Origin: a virus
Lineage: Duplodnaviria > Caudoviricetes
Direction: 5' to 3' (one strand)
Length of the DNA stretch: 52,962 nt
IMG/VR virus record: IMGVR_UViG_3300009154_000076
Span: 1-52,962 of that record
Shown: positions 19,362 to 27,671 of the stretch, in pieces
Position numbering within the stretch: the stretch's first letter is position 1
Layout of the letters: each line of letters opens with the position of its first letter
The notes under the pieces: generated by a model
What the model saw: the letters and a program-made list of their open reading frames with translations, nothing else
Told to the model about the DNA's origin: nothing
Databases searched by the model: none
Made by a program: the position numbers and the translations under genes

Positions 19362-19394
19362 ATACTGGGTCATGGAGACCCCCTGACCCAGTAT
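19362..19394 (+). promoter_or_regulatory. Intergenic hairpin
   Basis: ATACTGGGTCA...TGACCCAGTAT 11-bp stem followed by T residues. Confidence 0.55.
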
Positions 19395-19414
19395 TTTAAT
19401 TTAGGAGAATAAAA

Positions 19415-19984
19415 ATGGATGGTTCAACATCAACATATACTATCACAACCGACCCTTTCTTTTCATTGAGTAATGAGATCAATAATGTGAAAACTAAGGT
19501 TGCAGATAGTGTTTTTGAAAATTATAAGCTACAGGTTGCACAAGCCGCCGATATTAATAACCGCGCCATGCAAGTTGCTCTGCATGATGCTAGTGAATTG
19601 GCTGCACTAAAACAAGCTGCTAGTAATAGCACTTTGCAAACAATGCTGGCTTCTGCTCGTACTGATTCTGCAATTGGTGCAACTGCTATGCAAACACAGC
19701 GTGAAGTCATGCATCAGGGTGAAAAAGATCGTGGTTTGGCCAATTTCTTGAACACACAAAACTTGAATACTGCGTTGATCAATATCAACACAGCAATCAC
19801 TGGCTTTGGTGGACAATACGCTGGTCTTGGTTTGGCTTATGGTGGTGCGGTTGCTGCAGTACAGAGTGCAGACTCAGTAAATGCATTAAATGCAGTAAAC
19901 AGTGCTATATCTGGCCAAGGAATTGTAAACACTGGAGTAATGACTACAAGTACTCAGACATCTACACCAGTCAGCATTGGTTAA
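19415..19984 (+). CDS. Ala/Asn/Gln/Thr-rich helical protein, paralogue 2 (function unknown)
   Basis: AGGAG RBS; tandem duplicate sharing 'TTDPFFSLS...KTKVADS.FENYKLQVAQ'. Confidence 0.75.
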   Translation: MDGSTSTYTITTDPFFSLSNEINNVKTKVADSVFENYKLQVAQAADINNRAMQVALHDASELAALKQAASNSTLQTMLASARTDSAIGATAMQTQREVMHQGEKDRGLANFLNTQNLNTALININTAITGFGGQYAGLGLAYGGAVAAVQSADSVNALNAVNSAISGQGIVNTGVMTTSTQTSTPVSIG

Positions 19985-20001
19985 CTTTTAAGGAAAACAT
20001 T

Positions 20002-20172
20002 ATGTTTAGATCCGGTATAGGTTTTGGAGGTGGGTTTTATCCTAGGGGATATCTTGGAGCAGGCATAGGCTACCCCTATTACGGTCTCTTGGCTTATCCA
20101 TACTTCGGCGCAATCGGTTACCCATATTATGGTGGGTGTGGATATTGTGGCGGCGGTGGTTATTATTATTAA
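20002..20172 (+). CDS. 56-aa Gly/Tyr-rich protein (absent from the ORF track)
   Basis: MFRSGIGFGGGFYPRGYLGAGIGYPYYGLLAYPYFGAIGYPYYGGCGYCGGGGYYY; AAGGA RBS; fills the gap between genes. Confidence 0.7.
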   Translation: MFRSGIGFGGGFYPRGYLGAGIGYPYYGLLAYPYFGAIGYPYYGGCGYCGGGGYYY

Positions 20173-20184
20173 TATCTAGAAACA

Positions 20185-20211
20185 ATGAGCCAACTCAAAA
20201 GGTTGGCTCAT
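20185..20211 (+). terminator. Intergenic hairpin (terminator or mRNA stabiliser)
   Basis: ATGAGCCAAC-N7-GTTGGCTCAT perfect 10-bp stem. Confidence 0.55.
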
Positions 20212-20233
20212 CTGCATTTTACAGGAGAATATT

Positions 20234-20434
20234 ATGTACTCAGGTTATTATTACCCATATTATAGAAGTTTTGGTTACGGTTATCCAGTGTTTGGTCAGC
20301 CATATGGTTATTTCCCATCCAATTATGGATACAGTAGCAACATAATCGGCAGTGCCATTGCCAATCAAGGCATTGTTAACACTGGAACCATGACGGGAAC
20401 AACTCAAGTTGCCACCCCAACGGTAATTTGGTGA
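20234..20434 (+). CDS. Tyr-rich small protein carrying the C-terminal motif shared with paralogues 1 and 2
   Basis: AGGAG RBS; ends 'SAIANQGIVNTGTMTGTTQVATPTVIW'. Confidence 0.7.
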   Translation: MYSGYYYPYYRSFGYGYPVFGQPYGYFPSNYGYSSNIIGSAIANQGIVNTGTMTGTTQVATPTVIW

Positions 20435-20439
20435 TCAAA

Positions 20440-21141
20440 ATGTACAAAAAAATAACACACAACATCGTAGAAGAACATCATGGAATCCATCCAATGCTGG
20501 CCAACAATTCTGTTGCGGGGGCATTTGTGCCCGGTCAGTTAGAACCACTGCCCAATGTTGTAATTAATGAACAAACTTTGACATTTCGTATGGATTCTAG
20601 AACATTATGGACCAGATATAGTTTGGGCATGATCAACTATTCCGTGAGTAGTTTCGGAAACCTAAGTAGCACCGATTCGGTAGAAAGAAATCTATATAAA
20701 TCAGCAAGTAATATAGGAGATTACTTTATTCCATATTATGGAATAGCTGCCGGATCTAAAATTGGCGGATTACTCATCGCCATAGCCACCAATGGAACCA
20801 AAGTCGTAGAGGCTATTGGAGCTAACAGAGATATCGCAGTATTCCAAGACATTTGGATTAAACAAATTCATGAGTTATCGGTATATCTTAATGAACTTAA
20901 TCCAGGGCAATATCCTGTTCCTCTATTGGAAGAAATGTTAATTAATCTTACCAAGTTTTGGACTGATGATTTTACTGCTAGATTTAACAAAGATTTTGCA
21001 GCAGATGCCATTGCGTTGGACAATATATTAAAAGTGGCAGTGAGTGGAATACCAGATCATGCCAACAAAGGATATCAAAGTTTAGCTGACATTCTCAGTA
21101 GAGGAATTATCGCGCAGTACCCATTATCTTTTGTGGAGTAA
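20440..21141 (+). CDS. All-helical protein of unknown function, paralogue A (MYKKITH start)
   Basis: Aligns with 25125-25826 (MYKK.THxI.EEH; 'YYG.AA'; 'LN..NP'; 'G.I.Q.P..F'). Confidence 0.7.
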   Translation: MYKKITHNIVEEHHGIHPMLANNSVAGAFVPGQLEPLPNVVINEQTLTFRMDSRTLWTRYSLGMINYSVSSFGNLSSTDSVERNLYKSASNIGDYFIPYYGIAAGSKIGGLLIAIATNGTKVVEAIGANRDIAVFQDIWIKQIHELSVYLNELNPGQYPVPLLEEMLINLTKFWTDDFTARFNKDFAADAIALDNILKVAVSGIPDHANKGYQSLADILSRGIIAQYPLSFVE

Positions 21142-21145
21142 TTCA

Positions 21146-21400
21146 ATGAGTATAATCCGTGTTCAAGACAACAGTGATGATAACAAAGATTTAGAATATA
21201 AGAATCTAGAAGCACATGTAATTCTTTGTAAACAGCGGTATTCTGCGCTAGAGAGTAGGATAGAACGGATTGAAAAAAAGGTGGATGATATCATTGAACA
21301 AGCCAGAGTAAATCGTAGGTTATTGATCAAAGTATCAATTACTATTATGTCAGTGATTATCACCACCGCCGTATCTTTATTATTGAAATATAACGGGTGA
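21146..21400 (+). CDS. Coiled-coil protein with C-terminal TM segment (XhlA/holin-like architecture)
   Basis: 'LEAHVILCKQRYSALESRIERIEKKVDDI' followed by a hydrophobic tail; GGAG RBS. Confidence 0.55.
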   Translation: MSIIRVQDNSDDNKDLEYKNLEAHVILCKQRYSALESRIERIEKKVDDIIEQARVNRRLLIKVSITIMSVIITTAVSLLLKYNG

Positions 21401-21404
21401 TATC

Positions 21405-21935
21405 ATGAATGAATTTGAAAAAAATAAACAAAAAATAGAATTAATAAAAAAAGCCCGCCAACTGTTAAATCAAGAATATATTGAGCAACGTGCCAAGGAC
21501 TATACGAACTGGGAAACGGCATGCAATATAGCATGGAAAACCAGTGGTACTAAATTACCGTTTCCATCAATACCACCAATGCCAACCGAAGAGGATGTGG
21601 TTGCTAGAGCTTTGGTTCTTTACAATGAAATGTACCCACCTGTTGTTTCGCCACCCGTTGAGGAACCCATGACTCAACCAACAGAACAGCCTGAGAAAAC
21701 GTCGATGGCCGTTGATGCAAGTAGCACTGATGTTATATCCGACACTGCATCGGAAGAACCTAAAGAATCAATAATTCCAGAAGATTCACAACCAAAAGTA
21801 TTAAATTCTGGACAACAAAATGTATTAATTTCTGAGATGCCGGTTGCAACCCATCAAGCGATATCGCCATGGTATACGTATCTGACGTCAGGCAATAAAA
21901 CGAATAAAAAAGATAGTTCTTTAATCAAGGAATAA
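21405..21935 (+). CDS. Hypothetical protein with Pro/Glu-rich tail
   Basis: Packed in operon. Confidence 0.55.
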   Translation: MNEFEKNKQKIELIKKARQLLNQEYIEQRAKDYTNWETACNIAWKTSGTKLPFPSIPPMPTEEDVVARALVLYNEMYPPVVSPPVEEPMTQPTEQPEKTSMAVDASSTDVISDTASEEPKESIIPEDSQPKVLNSGQQNVLISEMPVATHQAISPWYTYLTSGNKTNKKDSSLIKE

Positions 21936-21939
21936 TAAA

Positions 21940-23058
21940 ATGTTTAATAATTTGGGATTTTTTTCTCCGCCACGTGCTGTTAGGTATAGATTGCGAGTTT
22001 CCCCTGTAACAACAATTGGGGGCATTGAAAATGAAGTATTTATGGTTGGATCCGGAGCCTCTGGATTCACCGGTAGCGCGGGACCGCAAGGCCCACAGGG
22101 ATTTACTGGTAGTGCTGGTTCAGCCGGTGGATTTACCGGAAGCGTTGGTGCACAAGGCCCACATGGTTATTCAGGGTCGGCTGGGTTCACTGGATCTGCT
22201 GGATTTACGGGATCCATTGGTGCAACTGGTGCACAAGGACCACAAGGATATACTGGTTCGAATGGGTTCACTGGTAGTACTGGATCTACCGGTAGTGTAG
22301 GTGCGCAGGGACCACAGGGACCACAAGGTTATACTGGAAGTATTGGTTTTACCGGTAGTATTGGATTTACTGGATCTATTGGCGCAACTGGTGCACAGGG
22401 ACCACAGGGACCACAGGGACCACAAGGTTATACTGGAAGTATTGGTTTTACCGGATCGGTTGGTGCTCAAGGTCCTCAGGGATCATTGGGATTTACTGGA
22501 TCTGTTGGTGCACAGGGTCCACAAGGTGCCACTGGATTTACTGGTAGTACTGGATTTACCGGAAGTGTAGGTGTACAGGGACCACAAGGTTTTGCTGGAT
22601 CAGTAGGCACACAAGGACCACAAGGTTATACTGGAAGTGTTGGATTTACTGGATCAGTAGGCGCAACTGGTGCACAGGGACCACAAGGTTATACTGGAAG
22701 TGTTGGCGATATTGGATTTACAGGATCAGTTGGATTTACCGGAAGTGCTGGTGGACTAATCGTGCCAGTGACCACTGTCACACAGATTGCACCATATGTT
22801 GCGACTACCAGCGATTATTTTATTGCAATGAACGTCCCCGCTGCTAGTGTAGTCAACCTTCCAGCTGTCCCCGTCGGTAAAGTCTATATAATAAAAGATG
22901 CTGCCGGAAAAGCCGGACCAGTTATTTCCGGTGGATTAAACAATACCATCACGGTTTCCGATGTTACCACTATTGATGGCGCAGCCAGCGCGCTAATCAA
23001 TGTCAACTATGGAAGTTTGACATTGATATTCAATGGCACTGAATGGAATATTGTGTAA
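21940..23058 (+). CDS. Collagen-like protein with C-terminal beta domain
   Basis: About 230 aa of Gly-X-Y (GFTGS, GPQ); globular C-terminus ending 'IFNGTEWNIV'. Confidence 0.8.
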   Translation: MFNNLGFFSPPRAVRYRLRVSPVTTIGGIENEVFMVGSGASGFTGSAGPQGPQGFTGSAGSAGGFTGSVGAQGPHGYSGSAGFTGSAGFTGSIGATGAQGPQGYTGSNGFTGSTGSTGSVGAQGPQGPQGYTGSIGFTGSIGFTGSIGATGAQGPQGPQGPQGYTGSIGFTGSVGAQGPQGSLGFTGSVGAQGPQGATGFTGSTGFTGSVGVQGPQGFAGSVGTQGPQGYTGSVGFTGSVGATGAQGPQGYTGSVGDIGFTGSVGFTGSAGGLIVPVTTVTQIAPYVATTSDYFIAMNVPAASVVNLPAVPVGKVYIIKDAAGKAGPVISGGLNNTITVSDVTTIDGAASALINVNYGSLTLIFNGTEWNIV

Positions 23059-23612
23059 TGTCTTATAAACTTCCAGTGACCAGCACAACAAGTAGCGGCG
23101 GCATGATTGTTGGCGGGGGATTAAACGTGTCTGACGGGGTTGTTAGTGTGCAGACAGGCGGATTGTTGGATCTGGGCTACTTTTACAGTACCGTAACACA
23201 AACTAATCCAGTGGCAAATGCTATCAATACGGTAACTTTCAGTAATACTGGAATTAGTCAAGGTATTACGCTGGTATCTGGGACACGACTCACCGTTAGC
23301 AAAACTGCAAATTACACCATAACCAGTATTATACAATACGATAAAACTGCTGGCGGCAGTGCCAGCATTGATATTTGGTTAAGAAAAAATGGTGTTGATG
23401 TGGCTAATAGTAACATCAATACTGCAATCACAGCCAATGGATCCGCCAATACTGCTGCATCTAATTATTCACCGGCCATGAATGCTGGGGATTATTTGGA
23501 ATTAGTGTGGCAGGGAAGTAGTACTGGTGCGGAATTATTAGCGGTCCCCGCTCAAATAGGCCCGGTAAGACCGGCAAGTCCCAGCGTCAGATCTACAATA
23601 GTACAACTATAA
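23058..23612 (+). CDS. C1q/BclA-C-terminal-like beta-sandwich protein
   Basis: TAATG coupling; 'GYFYSTVTQ...VTFSNT...GIT.VSGTRLTV..TANY...DIWLRKNGVDV..S...MNAGDYLELVW'. Confidence 0.6.
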   Translation: MSYKLPVTSTTSSGGMIVGGGLNVSDGVVSVQTGGLLDLGYFYSTVTQTNPVANAINTVTFSNTGISQGITLVSGTRLTVSKTANYTITSIIQYDKTAGGSASIDIWLRKNGVDVANSNINTAITANGSANTAASNYSPAMNAGDYLELVWQGSSTGAELLAVPAQIGPVRPASPSVRSTIVQL

Positions 23613-23627
23613 AAAGGAGAAATAAAA

Positions 23628-24341
23628 ATGGCATACTTAAGTTCACCAGCATCGACAAGTAGTTACGGATTAGTAACAATCGGATCAAATATTGTAGTTG
23701 ATAATCTTGGGGTAATATCATTACCCCAAAGTGTTGCAACCACATCTAGTGTAAGTTTTAGTTCAGTTGGAATAACCAGTGGAGCTCCTTCCACATCATC
23801 TACTACTGGAGCACTGACAGTATCTGGTGGAGTTGGAATTAGTGGAAATATCTATGCTGCCAATGTATATGACAATGGCAATCGTGTAATCACCAGTGTG
23901 ACAGCAGTTGCTGGCACTGGATTAAGTGGTGGAGGAACCATCACTGGATCAACTGGAACAGTTACATTTACTAATACTGGGGTATTGAGTATAACAGCCG
24001 GCACTGGAATAACATTAAACACCAGTACAGGGGTAATTACCATATCTGCAAATGGAACCAACACTGTTAACACCGTTTATGTCACCACCGGTTCTTACAC
24101 TACGCTAACAACTGATGATTATATCGGGGTTAATTATGCCGGAAATTGCACAATTACGTTGACCACCGGCAGCAACGGAATATCCTATCAAATCAAAAAA
24201 GAACGCAGCGATAACGGAAATAAAATTGTTATTCAAGGATCTAGTGGACAAACCATAGATGGCAATCCGTCTTATTCAATGCAGCTAGGATACTCAAGTG
24301 TTAGTTTGGTATTCAGGGGAACCAACTGGAACATTGTCTGA
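23628..24341 (+). CDS. Fibre-like Thr/Ser/Gly-rich protein
   Basis: 'TGALTVSGGVGISGN' and 'AGTGL/AGTGI' fibre motifs; C-terminal domain similar to that of 21940 ('TIDG...GTNWNIV'). Confidence 0.65.
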   Translation: MAYLSSPASTSSYGLVTIGSNIVVDNLGVISLPQSVATTSSVSFSSVGITSGAPSTSSTTGALTVSGGVGISGNIYAANVYDNGNRVITSVTAVAGTGLSGGGTITGSTGTVTFTNTGVLSITAGTGITLNTSTGVITISANGTNTVNTVYVTTGSYTTLTTDDYIGVNYAGNCTITLTTGSNGISYQIKKERSDNGNKIVIQGSSGQTIDGNPSYSMQLGYSSVSLVFRGTNWNIV

Positions 24342-24371
24342 AAGCAACAAAATTTATAATAGGAATCAACA

Positions 24372-25103
24372 ATGGCATACATTAGACCACCAAACACCAT
24401 AATAGCTGGATCGGGATTAATCCAAGATCCAGATCCCGCAACGAATATTCCATCTGGTGTTTTGCCAGTGGTATTCAATGTTACTACAGCGACTACATCT
24501 ACATTAGGAGGAGTTATCGTTGGTGAAAATATTGATGTGACACCAGATGGGGTTATATCCGTGGCCGATCCAATTCCGGGGTATACTGGATCAGTTGGTG
24601 CACAGGGTCCACGAGGACCACAGGGGTTTACAGGTAGTATTGGACCACAAGGCCCACGTGGATATACTGGTTCAGCTGGCGGTTGTGGGGATGATTATAC
24701 ATTTGGATCATGGCAGCCAGCATTGGTTGCCAATGTAGCTGGCACTATTTCATTGAGTACTAGAAATGCCAATTATACCAAGATTGGTCAAATGGTGTTT
24801 TGTACATTTGATATAAAAATAAACTCAATCACCGGCGGTGCCAGTACTGCCACAATTATACTATCTGGTCTACCAGTGTCGGCAATATCAAGTACCGGCA
24901 CAGTGGGAAGCGTTTTTATATCATTTAATTCTGGCCTAAACACCAATATCGTACAACTGTCTGGCACTGTAATTAATTCTTCTAAACAAGCCATTATATG
25001 GTACAGCAAGGCAGTCGGACAAAATTTAACTAGTTTGACACAAGATCAACTAGCAAATAACGCGATATTAACTGGAACTGTTAGTTATATCAGCGCAACA
25101 TAA
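24372..25103 (+). CDS. Short collagen/fibre-like protein
   Basis: 'ATTSTLGGVIVG' motif, short Gly-X-Y run and 'YTKIGQMVFC...GLP' fibre-tip domain. Confidence 0.65.
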   Translation: MAYIRPPNTIIAGSGLIQDPDPATNIPSGVLPVVFNVTTATTSTLGGVIVGENIDVTPDGVISVADPIPGYTGSVGAQGPRGPQGFTGSIGPQGPRGYTGSAGGCGDDYTFGSWQPALVANVAGTISLSTRNANYTKIGQMVFCTFDIKINSITGGASTATIILSGLPVSAISSTGTVGSVFISFNSGLNTNIVQLSGTVINSSKQAIIWYSKAVGQNLTSLTQDQLANNAILTGTVSYISAT

Positions 25104-25124
25104 TAATTATAAAGGAGAAACACC

Positions 25125-25826
25125 ATGTATAAAAAAGTAACACATCATATAATCGAAGAACATTTTGATCATCCCATGGCAGCGCACGTCAAGGAAGTCG
25201 TAGATCATGGCCACCATACCACACCAATTCCATATGACCACAAATCAATGTTGATTCCAACATCCCCATCGTCTATTAAACTAACCAGCGATGCTATGCA
25301 TTTGTTTGGTAATTATTATTGGAGATTGCGTAGCTATTTGATCAGTGCATTGGATTCTGGAGAAGATCGCGCTGCGATTGAAAACCATCTTATGACAGAT
25401 ATTACCAATCTGGGCAATGTTGTAAAAACATACTATGGAGATGCTGCAGCTACTTCTTTTGAAAAATATTTAAAAGCCTATACCATGGCAATCATAGACG
25501 TAATCAATGCCATCAAATCTGGTCAATCTGTGACTGATATAACACCAAAAGTATCCACTAGTGTCAATGATTTGGCTAACTTCTTAAATCAAGCTAACCC
25601 TGCTTACTGGCCAGCCAGCACTGTTTCTCATATTTTAAATCAAGAAGTTGATGCTTGGGTTGCACAAGCCAATGACAGAAAGAGAAAAGATTGGATTGCT
25701 GATTTTGCTGCACTAGAAAGAGGCAAAGGCATTTTGATAACGGGGCAACCTGATAAAACGCCAAGTTTTGCTACCACGTTTGCCAATGGCGTAATTCAAC
25801 AGTTCCCAAGTAAATTCATCTCTTGA
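25125..25826 (+). CDS. All-helical protein of unknown function, paralogue B (His-rich N-terminus)
   Basis: AAGGAG RBS; paralogous to 20440-21141. Confidence 0.7.
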   Translation: MYKKVTHHIIEEHFDHPMAAHVKEVVDHGHHTTPIPYDHKSMLIPTSPSSIKLTSDAMHLFGNYYWRLRSYLISALDSGEDRAAIENHLMTDITNLGNVVKTYYGDAAATSFEKYLKAYTMAIIDVINAIKSGQSVTDITPKVSTSVNDLANFLNQANPAYWPASTVSHILNQEVDAWVAQANDRKRKDWIADFAALERGKGILITGQPDKTPSFATTFANGVIQQFPSKFIS

Positions 25827-25832
25827 CATGTT

Positions 25833-26597
25833 ATGTTGGTTTCTGGTAAAAAAGAAATATATAAGGTTCGCGCCGATCATGATGATTGGCGCGATCTTGT
25901 CTATCGCCCAGCTAGAATACCACTTAGAGAAAAAGTAGATTTACGCAATTGGGCAAGTCCTGTTGAAAATCAATCACACCTTGGTAGTTGTACAGGCAAC
26001 GCAATAGCTGGTGCATATGAGTTATTGCTCAACAAAGAAATTCCACAAAAATATGTGGAACTTAGTAGATTATTTGTTTATTATAATTCTAGATTGATTG
26101 AAGGCACCGTTGACACAGATACGGGAGCATATATCAGAGATGGCATAAAAGCTGTAAAGAAATATGGTATTTGCAGTGAAAAAGTATGGCCGTATAATAT
26201 CAGTAATTTTGCCACAGTGCCACCCACTGCCAGTTATGATGATGCCAAAACCAGAAATATCAAAAATTATTATAGATTATTTGGGTTAGAAGATATTTTA
26301 GATGCATTGACCCAAGATATTCCAGTGGTGTTTAGCATGAAAGTCTATGAAGAATTTGATGATTTAACTGATAGTGATAACTATACCATACATTTACCAG
26401 ATGAATTAGAATCTCCTATAGGTGGCCATGCAATGTGTTTGGTGGGCTATGACTTGGAATCGCAGAGACTTTTATCAAGAAATAGCTTTGGACCCAATTG
26501 GTGTCTGGGCGGTTATTGTTGGATTGATTTTAGTTACGCTGACAGCGAATTCATGGACATTTGGATTTTTGATGTTGATTTGATTGACACAGTTTGA
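25833..26597 (+). CDS. Papain-family (C1A) cysteine protease
   Basis: 'VDLR', 'NQSHLGSCTGNA' (oxyanion Gln, catalytic Cys), 'GGHAM' (His) and 'RNSFG' (Asn). Confidence 0.9.
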   Translation: MLVSGKKEIYKVRADHDDWRDLVYRPARIPLREKVDLRNWASPVENQSHLGSCTGNAIAGAYELLLNKEIPQKYVELSRLFVYYNSRLIEGTVDTDTGAYIRDGIKAVKKYGICSEKVWPYNISNFATVPPTASYDDAKTRNIKNYYRLFGLEDILDALTQDIPVVFSMKVYEEFDDLTDSDNYTIHLPDELESPIGGHAMCLVGYDLESQRLLSRNSFGPNWCLGGYCWIDFSYADSEFMDIWIFDVDLIDTV

Positions 26598-26612
26598 AAA
26601 TGTGGGTACTAT
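26584..26612 (+). promoter_or_regulatory. Sigma70-type promoter
   Basis: TTGACA-N17-TACTAT upstream of uvsE. Confidence 0.65.
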
Positions 26613-26642
26613 GGTGTTTTACTTTGAGTATCATCACTAATC

Positions 26643-27671
26643 ATGATCAAACGTATTGGTTTTGCCTGCAAGTTGATTGACAATTTGGATCAAGTCGACG
26701 GGATCAAACCCACCGATGATTGCAAACGGTACAACACCAGCACTACAACGGCTGCTTGGCTAAATAGACAGACCAAGGATGTGGCCGTTAACAAGCTGTG
26801 GGAATTAATGCAGCATAACATCGAATCTGCCAGACTTCTTGTAGAAAAGGTGGGTACGTTTGATGAAAATCTTAGGATGGTACGATTATCTAGCGATTTG
26901 CTGGCTATGTACACTGAGCCAAGCTGGCGTTGGTTTTATCAACAATCAGACGTCAGGGATTACTGTCAACGAGAATTTCTCCGAGTGGGAAATTCAGCTC
27001 GCCAGAATAATGTTAGGATCAGCTTCCATCCTGGGCAGTGGTGCGTTCTTGCTAGTTCTAATCCAGAAATAGTAACCCGCAGTCTTGAGGAGTTTGAGTA
27101 TCATGTCGCAATGGCCAGTTGGATGGACTTTGGAAGACGCTTCCAAGACATCAAAATCAACATCCACTTATCGGGCAAGCAAGGAACTCAGGGATTCAGA
27201 GATTCCTACCAAAGACTCTCCCCAGAAGCTAGGAATTGTATTACAATCGAAAACGACGAAATAAGTTACGGACTTGAAGATTGCTTGTCGATCAGTGATA
27301 TTGTGCCTATCGTACTAGACCTACATCATAACTGGGTCAAGGAAGGAACATATATCGACCCCAACAGTGACAGTATTAAAAGAGTAGTTGATAGTTGGCG
27401 CGGAGTACGTCCGACCATGCATTACAGTGTATCCAGAGAAGATTATCTGATTGATCACGATCCAACTATTATGCTAGACCATTCTAAATTGCTATCTCAG
27501 GGATTTAAAAAATCTAAACTAAGAGCCCACAGTGATGGTTATTGGAATATGGCCATCAATCAGTGGGCTCTTAATCATTTAGATTGGGCAGACATTATGT
27601 GCGAGTCAAAATCAAAGAATCTCGCCAGTGCTGCCCTATATCAGCAAGCCAAAGAATTAAACTTTCTTTGA
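26643..27671 (+). CDS. uvsE: UV DNA damage endonuclease
   Basis: 'RIGFACK', 'RLSSD', 'RISFHPGQ', 'IENDE', 'VLDLHH', 'RAHSD' and 'DIMCESKSK'. Confidence 0.9.
   Translation: MIKRIGFACKLIDNLDQVDGIKPTDDCKRYNTSTTTAAWLNRQTKDVAVNKLWELMQHNIESARLLVEKVGTFDENLRMVRLSSDLLAMYTEPSWRWFYQQSDVRDYCQREFLRVGNSARQNNVRISFHPGQWCVLASSNPEIVTRSLEEFEYHVAMASWMDFGRRFQDIKINIHLSGKQGTQGFRDSYQRLSPEARNCITIENDEISYGLEDCLSISDIVPIVLDLHHNWVKEGTYIDPNSDSIKRVVDSWRGVRPTMHYSVSREDYLIDHDPTIMLDHSKLLSQGFKKSKLRAHSDGYWNMAINQWALNHLDWADIMCESKSKNLASAALYQQAKELNFL

Noticed and set aside
18784-19984. RebB/R-body or gas-vesicle identity for the tandem paralogues
   Set aside because: Composition is similar, but they lack the Reb 'QITDAVTQ...APA.A' and GvpA 'LDRILDKG' motifs and are too long.
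20136-20345. 69-aa track ORF 'MWILWRRW...'
   Set aside because: It overlaps two better-supported ORFs that have RBSs (20002 and 20234) and an intergenic hairpin.
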